54,939 bases of DNA from Bacteroidota bacterium (GTDB lineage Bacteria > Bacteroidota > Bacteroidia > Bacteroidales > VadinHA17), in assembly GCA_015222065.1 (NCBI GenBank), contig JADFUQ010000311.1, forward strand, positions 1-54,939, in the 5' to 3' direction. A program made the translations under genes and the position numbers. Below, piece after piece: positions 1 through 7,900 of this stretch (position 1 is the stretch's first letter; each line of letters begins with the position of its first letter). The notes under the pieces were generated by a model that was given only the letters and a program-made list of their open reading frames with translations, was not told the DNA's origin and ran no database searches.

Positions 1-744
1 ATTCGCTGGTACGGCCTCCTGTTTGCTTCCTCCTTTTTCTTTGGTTACCTTATTATGGCCAGGTTTTTCAAAAAAGAAAAAATACCTGAAGAAGTTCTTG
101 ACAGGCTAACTTTATATATGGCGCTTGGTACTATAATCGGAGCCCGTTTTGGACATTGTCTGTTTTATGAACCGGGTTATTATCTCGCTCATCCTTTTGA
201 AATACTCATGGTATGGCATGGCGGACTTGCAAGTCACGGTGCCGGAATAGGTATTCTTATCGCGTTATATCTGTTTGCAAAAAAGTCGAAAAAATCTTAC
301 TTGTGGACTCTTGACAGGATAGTTATTGTAGTAGCTCTTTCGGGTTTCTTTATCAGAACCGGAAACCTGATGAATTCTGAAATATACGGTGTTGAAACTA
401 ATCTCCCCTGGGGTTTTGTTTTCCTAAGGAACGGAGAAACAGTACCAAAACACCCAACACAGATATATGAAGCACTTGCGTATCTGCTTGTCTTTATTCT
501 CCTTTACTTCATATATAAAAGAAATCAAGGTGTATTTAAATCCGGATTATTATTCAGTTTGTTCATGATATTGGTTTTTACTTTCAGGTTTTTTGTTGAA
601 TTTATTAAAAACAACCAGGTAGCTTTTGAGTCGGGGATGACATTAAATATGGGTCAGTGGCTAAGCATTCCTTTTGTTCTGTTTGGTATTATTCTGCTCA
701 TTTTTGTACTTAAAAAACCAATGCCTGAAAAACGAAACATTTAG
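1..744 (+). CDS. lgt: prolipoprotein diacylglyceryl transferase (5' end outside window)
   Basis: Frame 1 is open from nt 1 (IRWYGLLFASSFFFGYLIMARFF...), so the ORF-track Met at 55 is internal. Polytopic membrane protein with Lgt-like motifs HGGLASHG, GNLMNSEIYG, HPTQIYE. Confidence 0.9.
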   Translation: MRWYGLLFASSFFFGYLIMARFFKKEKIPEEVLDRLTLYMALGTIIGARFGHCLFYEPGYYLAHPFEILMVWHGGLASHGAGIGILIALYLFAKKSKKSYLWTLDRIVIVVALSGFFIRTGNLMNSEIYGVETNLPWGFVFLRNGETVPKHPTQIYEALAYLLVFILLYFIYKRNQGVFKSGLLFSLFMILVFTFRFFVEFIKNNQVAFESGMTLNMGQWLSIPFVLFGIILLIFVLKKPMPEKRNI

Positions 745-769
745 CTTAAGCCGATAATTTAACCTATAC

Positions 770-790
770 AAAAAACCAGGAATTGTCCTG
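770..790 (-). terminator. weak intrinsic terminator, minus-strand orientation
   Basis: On the minus strand: CAGGA-CAAT-TCCTG followed by G-TTTTTT-G. On the plus strand the run is A6 upstream of the stem, so it does not serve lgt. Confidence 0.35.
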
Positions 791-940
791 TGTAATACAT
801 TTATTGTAACTAATCAGTCTACAGACGTCAGTAGGCAGTCCTAAAAAACCTTCAAATTACAGAGGATTTATTAACTTAGAACTTTCTAACCGGTTTTAAA
901 TGAGCAGTTCCGAAAAATCAATCTGATATACCGTATTGTC
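770..940 (-). ncRNA. candidate small transcript (promoter-like box to terminator-like hairpin), no ORF
   Basis: Minus-strand TACTTTTG (-7-type box, 945-952) lies about 165 nt upstream of the minus-strand hairpin+T6 at 770-790. No ATG-initiated ORF longer than about 13 codons lies between them. Purely structural inference. Confidence 0.2.
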
Positions 941-1018
941 AAGGCAAAAGTATAATATGATGATAATATATACAATATACAATATCACCTGTATGTTTAT
1001 CGTTGACATGACACTCGC
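939..1018. repeat. conserved non-coding element, copy 1 (second copy at 41241-41336)
   Basis: tcaaggcaaaa..gtataatatgatgataatat..caatat.caata..gtttatcgttgacatgacact aligns with 41241-41336. Blocks of 20 nt with 1 mismatch and 21 nt with 2 mismatches. Confidence 0.7.
945..952 (-). promoter_or_regulatory. Bacteroidota-type -7 box (TAnnTTTG) on minus strand
   Basis: Plus strand caaaagta = minus strand TACTTTTG. Confidence 0.3.
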
Positions 1019-1037
1019 TTTAAAAGGAACAGGTTGG

Positions 1038-1084
1038 TTTTTCAGCTTCCTCCCTTCATGGCAGGGATAAATGAAGCTGAAAAA
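1038..1084. repeat. long perfect-stem hairpin / inverted repeat
   Basis: tttttcagcttc (1038-1049) and gaagctgaaaaa (1073-1084) form a perfect 12-bp inverted repeat, with an inner CCCT/AGGG pair. Confidence 0.7.
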
Positions 1085-1120
1085 TTTCAATCCGTCAAAG
1101 TAGAATTAAGTTTAAATAAA

Positions 1121-1128
1121 TATATTTG
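1121..1128 (+). promoter_or_regulatory. Bacteroidota-type -7 box (TAnnTTTG)
   Basis: TATATTTG lies 29 nt upstream of the ATG at 1157. Confidence 0.4.
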
Positions 1129-1156
1129 CATTAAACTGATTTAATATCAAGTAATA

Positions 1157-2071
1157 ATGGAAAAAGATAATAAACAAACTGTTGTTAAAAAGGAACCTGT
1201 AAAACCCGGAATTACTGTACTCATTATTTCTGTTGCAGTTCTTTTCCTGGCACTTAGCGGGCTTATTTACCTGTATTTTAGTCAAAAGGCTGATATGGTT
1301 GAGATGGAAATCGTACTGACTGCCGAAAAAGATTCGCTTACAAACGAATTACAAGAGATGATTATTGGTTATGATACTCTTAAAACATCGAATGATACTC
1401 TTAACATAAAACTTATAGAAGAACAAGATAAAATAAAAAGACTTATCCAAATACAGGCTTCCAATGCCCGGAAAATACAGCTGTACAAAAAAGAACTGGG
1501 TACTCTTCGCAGTGTTATGAAAAGTTATATTGTTCAAATCGATTCTCTTAATACAAAAAACAAACAGTTAATAGCCAGTAATGCAGAATTTCAAATAAAA
1601 CTTGAATCTGCTGAACGAACAAATAAACAATTGTCTGAGATTAAAGATGAGCTTTCATCTAAGGTTGAAAAAGCCTCCGTTATTATGGCTAGTAATATTC
1701 ACGCTGCACCATTGAACAACAGAGGAAAGGAAAAAGACAAAATTGACAAAATCGAAAAAATCCGTGTCTGTTTTACACTAAGGGAAAATCCTATCGTTGA
1801 ACCGGGAAAAAAGGATATTTATATGCGAATAATGCGCCCCGATTCCCTTGTTTTAGCTCTTGCTCCTGAAAATATTTTCACATTTCAGGATAAACAATTG
1901 ATTTATTCTGCAATGAGAACTATTGAATACATTAATAAAGATATTGATGTATGTATTTATTTCAACGATAATGAACATTTTATTATTGGAAAATATTCTA
2001 TTGATCTCTTTCTGAAAAATACCAAAATAGGCACAACCACTCTTACCCTCAGGGAATCGGGATGGTTCTAA
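1157..2071 (+). CDS. hypothetical membrane-anchored coiled-coil protein
   Basis: 304-aa ORF with an N-terminal TM helix (ITVLIISVAVLFLALSGLIYLYF), about 140 aa of heptad-like coiled coil, and a beta-rich C-terminal domain. No family recognised. Confidence 0.7.
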   Translation: MEKDNKQTVVKKEPVKPGITVLIISVAVLFLALSGLIYLYFSQKADMVEMEIVLTAEKDSLTNELQEMIIGYDTLKTSNDTLNIKLIEEQDKIKRLIQIQASNARKIQLYKKELGTLRSVMKSYIVQIDSLNTKNKQLIASNAEFQIKLESAERTNKQLSEIKDELSSKVEKASVIMASNIHAAPLNNRGKEKDKIDKIEKIRVCFTLRENPIVEPGKKDIYMRIMRPDSLVLALAPENIFTFQDKQLIYSAMRTIEYINKDIDVCIYFNDNEHFIIGKYSIDLFLKNTKIGTTTLTLRESGWF

Positions 2072-2110
2072 TTAGTTTCTATTCAAAAATTCAAACAAAT
2101 TTTGAATTAA

Positions 2111-2289
2111 AGAACCAAACGATAAATAACAAAAAACAAATCTCAACTAAACGAAGTGGTCTCATAAACACCTTTGAAAATTAATTATTTTGTTAATAAA
2201 TAAGCTTCAATTAATAAAAATTCAAAACATAATTTACCAATATCTTTTTTTGAATTTTGAAACTTGATATTTATTTGTATTTTGGTGCT
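2111..2289. repeat. MITE-like structured intergenic element, copy A (copy B at 20933-21142)
   Basis: Terminal inverted repeat agaaccaaa (2111-2119) / tttggtgct (2281-2289). The 43-nt core 2161-2203 matches 20968-21010 with 2 mismatches. Internal 11-bp perfect IR aaaattcaaaa / ttttgaatttt (2217-2227 / 2248-2258). Confidence 0.65.
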
Positions 2290-2395
2290 TGTTTTTTGTG
2301 GTTTTTAATATTTATATATCCTTTCGGGCTTTATAGACGGACTCTAATTAGTTTTACTTTAGGCAAACATATTGTTTAATCAATAACAAATTTAT

Positions 2396-3685
2396 ATGAA
2401 AATAGGATTTATTATTGGTCGAATTGGCGGGGTTGACGGTGTAGCACTTGAAGCAGAAAAATGGATCCAGGTATTTAAAAAAATGGGGCATGAAATTTTT
2501 ATTATTTCCGGTCAGTTTCAGGATTGGAAAATTGATCGCACACATGATACCCTGGTTCCAGAAATGTCATTCTTTTCGCCTGAAAGTTACTGGGGGCAAA
2601 AAAAGGCGTTTTTTCATCCGGATACTAACACTACAGATTTAATGGAGCATGTTGCTCTATACTCCAGAATTATCTCTGACAAGATTATAAAATGGGCAAT
2701 CAGTAATAAAATTGATCTTCTTATCTCCGAAAACGCTTCTGCTCTTCCATCCCATCTTGAAATGGGCATGGGAATTAAACTGGCTGTTGAAACCCTGGGT
2801 CTTCCTACAATTACACATGATCATGATTTTGCCTGGGAAAGAGGTGACAGATATATTTCTCCACACAAAGAAATTAATAAGTTCGTTGAAAAAGCATTTC
2901 CCCTGAGGCTTCCTAACACATATCATGCTGTTATTAATTTAAACGCGCAAAAAACTCTTAAAGAAAAATATAACAGAAATTCTGTGGTTGTTCCTAATGT
3001 AATGGATTTTAATGTTCCGTTCGGGGAAAAAACCTCAAAAAACAAAAATTTGCGGGCCGATCTGGGTCTTGAAGAAGATGATCTTTTGCTTTTTCAAATA
3101 ACACGTATTGTTAAGAGAAAAGGAATTGAAGTTGCAATTAAGCTTATTGACAAACTTGATAATAAAAAAATTAAACTTGTTATTACCGGAAATTATAAAG
3201 ATGATGAGGGTAGTATATACTATAATATGCTTGTCAATCTGATCCACGAATTGAAAGTAAGCAGACAGATTATTTTTGCTTCTCATATTATACACAATAA
3301 GGGTCTTTCAGGAGACGGAAGTGATACACGCTATTCACTATCCGATGCTTATGCAAATACAACTGCCTGTACATATTTCAGTACTTACGAGGGTTTTGGT
3401 AATGCTTTTATTGAAGCAGTTCTGGCAAAACGTCCCATTTTTGTTAATAATTACAAGCCCGTTTACTGGCCTGATATCGGTAGTAAGGGATTTAAAGCAG
3501 TAATGCTTGAAGATAATGTACTTACCGATGATGCTGTTGAGCAAATGAGAGAGGTAATAATTAATAAAACACTAAACCACGAAATTGCTGAATTTAATTA
3601 TGCTCTTGGAAAAAAGCACTTTTCTTACGAGACACTTGAACAAAAATTGGAGGAGTTGCTTGATATAGCTACCGGCAAGAAGTAA
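2396..3685 (+). CDS. GT4-family (GT-B fold) glycosyltransferase
   Basis: 429 aa. E-x7-E motif (YEGFGNAFIEA), HDHDFAWERGDRY motif, and N-terminal KIGFIIGRIGGVDGVALEAEKW. Paralogous to the N-terminal part of the 1398-aa protein at 4918-9114. Confidence 0.8.
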   Translation: MKIGFIIGRIGGVDGVALEAEKWIQVFKKMGHEIFIISGQFQDWKIDRTHDTLVPEMSFFSPESYWGQKKAFFHPDTNTTDLMEHVALYSRIISDKIIKWAISNKIDLLISENASALPSHLEMGMGIKLAVETLGLPTITHDHDFAWERGDRYISPHKEINKFVEKAFPLRLPNTYHAVINLNAQKTLKEKYNRNSVVVPNVMDFNVPFGEKTSKNKNLRADLGLEEDDLLLFQITRIVKRKGIEVAIKLIDKLDNKKIKLVITGNYKDDEGSIYYNMLVNLIHELKVSRQIIFASHIIHNKGLSGDGSDTRYSLSDAYANTTACTYFSTYEGFGNAFIEAVLAKRPIFVNNYKPVYWPDIGSKGFKAVMLEDNVLTDDAVEQMREVIINKTLNHEIAEFNYALGKKHFSYETLEQKLEELLDIATGKK

Positions 3686-3735
3686 GAAGCAGGTAGTAGG
3701 AAGTAAGTAGTAAAGTAGGAAAGTAAGAAGTTTTG
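3677..3735. repeat. C-poor word array (GTAAGAAG/GTAGTAGG words)
   Basis: 59 nt with a single C (3690). Overlaps the stop codon of the GT4 gene. Confidence 0.8.
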
Positions 3736-3751
3736 CCTTTATTCTTCTCCC

Positions 3752-4876
3752 TTACATCATTAATTCAGAGATGATGTTATCCGCTATCAATTTACCCTGG
3801 TCTGTGAGTATTAGGTTATCCTTGTTTTTCTTAATCATTCCATAATCAATAAATCTTTTCGAAAGCCCTATGCAATAATCCATTGCTTCTTTACTGTAGT
3901 TTTCTTCAAGGAATTTAAGATCAATACCCCACATTGTCCTCAATGATGTTAATATATATTCATTATATTTTTTCCTGTTATTCAGGTATTCTTTTTCAAA
4001 TGGAATTTTGTTTTTGCTAATAGAATACATATACATTTTATTGTCTGCAACATTCCACCGGCGTATTTTTCCGTTATATGAGTGAGCAGATGGTCCTAAT
4101 CCAAGATATTTTACCTGTTTCCAGTAATTTGTGTTATGTTTTGAAAAAAAACCATCCAGGCAAAAATTTGAAATTTCATAATGAAGAAATTTGTTTTCTC
4201 CGGCTTTTTTTATCAAAACTCTGAATTGATCAATACTGGTATCTTCTTCCTGTATTTTCATACGTCCTTCTTTTATATACCGTGAAAAAACCGTGTCAGG
4301 TTCTATTGTAAGATGGTAAGCCGAAATATGGTTGATTTCCATTTGAAAAGCAACATCAAGATTGTTCTCCCATGTTTCCATGCTCATTCCCGGAATTCCG
4401 TATATCAGATCTACGCTAATGTTTTCAAAGCCTGCATCTTTACTATCGTACACAGCTTTTATTCCTGTTTTACTTTGGTGCCTTCTGTTCAATAATCTAA
4501 GTTCCCGGTCAGAGAATGATTGCAATCCTATACTTAACCTGTTTATACCTGTTTTTACTAATTTCTTCAAATACTGTTTTGTCAGGTCATCAGGATTTGC
4601 TTCGAAAGTAATTTCTGCATCTTTTGATATTTTGAAATACTTGTAAAGACCTTCAAATATTATCATTATTTCCTCATAATCAAGAACAGACGGGGTTCCT
4701 CCACCAAAATAGATTGTTTCAACCTGTTCGGATTCAAGAAATCCTTTTTCCAGCTCCATCTCTTTCACCAGAGCTTTTATCATTCTACCTTTATCTTCCA
4801 GTCTTAATGATTTGTAAAAATCACAATAATGGCAGAGTTTCTTACAAAAGGGAATATGTATGTAAATACCGGCCAT
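3752..4876 (-). CDS. hemW: radical SAM heme chaperone / coproporphyrinogen III oxidase-like protein
   Basis: 374 aa. N-terminal CxxxCxxC (IPFCKKLCHYCDF) and HemN/HemW-type length and C-terminal domain. Starts 41 nt downstream of the preceding gene, so probably co-transcribed. Confidence 0.85.
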   Translation of the reverse strand: MAGIYIHIPFCKKLCHYCDFYKSLRLEDKGRMIKALVKEMELEKGFLESEQVETIYFGGGTPSVLDYEEIMIIFEGLYKYFKISKDAEITFEANPDDLTKQYLKKLVKTGINRLSIGLQSFSDRELRLLNRRHQSKTGIKAVYDSKDAGFENISVDLIYGIPGMSMETWENNLDVAFQMEINHISAYHLTIEPDTVFSRYIKEGRMKIQEEDTSIDQFRVLIKKAGENKFLHYEISNFCLDGFFSKHNTNYWKQVKYLGLGPSAHSYNGKIRRWNVADNKMYMYSISKNKIPFEKEYLNNRKKYNEYILTSLRTMWGIDLKFLEENYSKEAMDYCIGLSKRFIDYGMIKKNKDNLILTDQGKLIADNIISELMM

Positions 4877-4898
4877 TGTGTTAATGCTATTTATGTTT

Positions 4899-4949
4899 CA
4901 TCCATTCCACCATTCCATTATTCCACCATTCTATTCTTCTTATCTTCCA
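4899..4949. repeat. G-poor ATTCC/CCATT word array
   Basis: catccattccaccattccattattccaccattctattcttcttatcttcc. Spans the 4918-4920 stop and encodes the last residues (LEDKKNRMVE) of the 1398-aa ORF. Confidence 0.8.
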
Positions 4950-7900
4950 GTACAGCCAATACTGCATTTGATACAGCCCTTGGTTCCGGTGGCATTGAAT
5001 AAACATTTTTTTCATATTCACTATTATATGGAGAAATATTCAACGGTATTCCATCAACAACAATTGTACTACTTCCCCCGGGGTCGAATCCCATTGCATT
5101 TTCTATTCCCTGTTTTATTAAGATTTCAGCCATATCATGGTGTGTGGCTCCAACCGATTCCCTGATTCTTCCGTTAACCGCAAGAATATACATATTTCCA
5201 TTCTTATCCAATCCGGCTGCAATTTTTGGTCCTCTCATATCTGTATAGTCTATTCTTGCTGCCTGTGTTCTTATTGAGTTTTTCGTTTTCCATCCTTCTT
5301 TTTGCATATCTAAGCATGGGTTATTTCTTTCTACCAACATAGGTCCGGCTTCGATACCATGTATATATTTTTCCAGTCCTTTTATTTTTATGCTCAATTC
5401 TCTCCCCGTTTTTTTCATTGATTCAGGAATTAATCCTGCCGGAAAAGAAAGAGTCAGTCCTACCGGAATTATTTTTGTTTTTTCTTCTTTTTTTGTATGA
5501 ACAACATCCTTAATAGTATTTCCCGCAAGACGTATAATAATCCGTCCGTCTCCGGGAATATATTCTCTGTCAAAATTCAGGTCATAATAGCACACTTTAT
5601 TTCCCGGGGTTTTTATATTATATTGTTTTTCTGTAAAATCAATTATTTTGTTTTCACATTTTATTTCCAAACCCTTTGAGCAATTCACTCTTAGTATATC
5701 AAGTTTTCCGTCCTTCTTCACCAGAAAAGCCGGTTTATTATATAGCGGTGGACATATTATTCTTCCATTTTTAATCAGAAGGCCCAGGGGTGAACCTATG
5801 TATGCTTCCGGTAGCCCAAGTTTTCCTACAAGTTCGGGATTTAAAATATATCCTCCATTCCATCCAATCTGTACTTTTTTCTTTTCTCTCTTTTCAAATT
5901 CCTTAATAAAATCTGTCACTTTTTTCGGACGGCTTTTAGTGAAAACCGTAGTAAACGACCATTTTTTTCCCTGTAAATTTGTTTCTATTTTTGCCAGCAC
6001 GCCGTTCCATGGATGTCCATCATTATAAACACCGGTTAGATATGAATATTTTACCGGCTGTAATATCTTTTGCTTTTTACTTTTCAAATTATTTAAAACA
6101 AACTTCACCGGTGATCCGTTTTGTTCTGCATCTTTTTTCAGTTCCTCAAGCACTTTTTCCTTTCCTATTTTCTTACATAAGCTCTTAAACAGGTCTCCAT
6201 TAAGTTCTTCGCTAAAATCTTTTGCGGTTTGAATTGGGGTTGGGTAAGCCAGGGTAGGACGCATTCCCGCAGGTACAAATTGTATATACCCTGTTCCTCT
6301 TGGTATACCCATAATGTTTGCGGTTATATCATCTTTTACTCTTCCTATATGAAAGCGGTCAATATCAAGAATATCTGTCATTACTACCGCGTTTCTACGA
6401 TTAGAAATTATAAACCCTTTGCTATTTTTAATTTGCCAAAGAATTTTTAATGCCTTTTCTCCCAACTGTAAGAAATGAATGCCCACACATAATTGTTTTG
6501 TTCTTACAATCCGCAAAATTCTCTTTTCGTAAAGCAGTTTCAGTTCTCTGTCACCACTATTCTTAATATATTTTATTATCTCGTCAGCGTCGGCCCATTG
6601 TCTTATTGATTTTTCCTGTGCAAAAAGGAAAACCGGTTCAATTTCTGCTTCATGCCCACTCAGTTTCTCTTTTGTAAGTTCTTCTTCAATTTTTAAGTTA
6701 AGTCTTGACCTTACTGATTGTAGTGCAAAGAATTCCAGTTCATGCATGATATGTCTTCCGGAAAAAATTCCAATAGGCACATTTTCATGCATTCTTTTCA
6801 GAAGTTCTTCCCTATCGTCTATCGCAAGATATTTGCTTGAGGTAAGCTGTGAAAGAGCCAGGTTCCAGTCGGTAAAAAAATGAGAACCTGTATCAACATA
6901 GTAGGCTGTTGTTGGCCGGATAATTTCATGGTAAAGAAGATTTATCAGTCCTGTTATTTCCTGAATTGTAAATTCTCTGTATGCATAATGGTATTTATTC
7001 CTGTGCCTGTATGACATTGAGTGGTCATGTCTTATTTTTATTTCACCTTCGCGATAGCGAAAAATATTATCAACTGAGTTATAAAATTTTGCTATTTTTT
7101 CTTCTTCAATAAACACGTGATCCGGATTATTATTAATCAAGTCTTTTGCAAACATAAAGGCCATACCTCTTACTTCCTGTTCCTCTACTCTGAAATAGCT
7201 GGGGTCAATCAGTGATTTTAGTTTAAGCATAAATAACAATCTTCCATATCCCGGTAAATAATGTCTTTTTTCTGTTTTAATAATTTCTTTCAATCCTTCA
7301 TTATTATTATTTATTAAATCCCGGTATTTATTGAAGCCATCCTTTACTTTTTCCATGCACTGGGCATTTGTTTTCAACTGATTATATAACCTGAAGTTAA
7401 TGTCTTTAATATTTTGGTAAAGAGTTTCCAGACTGTATCTTTTATTAACCGCATTTATGTTCTGTTCGTATTCATCACTAAAATTGTGTGGAAAAAATAC
7501 TCTTTCAAAAATATCTTTAACATGTTCCTTATTAATATTCTTACCGTCAAACTCAATAACTCTTAGTCTGTCTTCCTCGGGCAGATTCTCTCCTATTACA
7601 TCTGAATAAACATTTTCCGGATAATACCTGCTGCAAAATATTGGAATACCATATGCTGCTGCTTCAATAATAGGCAGTCCCCTCCCTTCGGTTTCGCTTG
7701 GTAGAAGGATAAGTGATGCAATATTATACAATTCCGGTATCCCTACAGGGTTTTTAAATCGTTTAAGAAATTTTTCTTTATCAAGTTCACTAAATAAAAA
7801 TGCCAGGTAAATTTTCTCCTGCAAATCTTTATTAATTGATCGTAGTAAGTCTGAAAATCTCTTTAATATTTTGTTAAAATAGTTAAATTGACCATTTGCT

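Noticed and set aside
1038-1084. The 12-bp hairpin as an intrinsic terminator
   Set aside because: The T-run is 5' and the A-run 3' of the stem, and both are part of the stem. Neither strand has a hairpin followed by a U-tract.
896-1090. 64-aa minus-strand ORF
   Set aside because: It spans the conserved non-coding element and the 12-bp hairpin. Its composition is low-complexity Ile/Tyr-rich and it has no homology features.
2217-2258. Calling the inverted segment a proven inverton or phase-variation switch
   Set aside because: Only two paralogous copies in fixed states are visible. No recombinase gene is in the window, the inverted repeats are short and AT-only, and no promoter box was found inside the segment. 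It is kept as a hypothesis only.
5497-6450. Several 60-126-aa plus-strand ORFs inside the 1398-aa gene
   Set aside because: They lie opposite a continuous 4.2-kb ORF with clear domain homology. Their translations are low-complexity.
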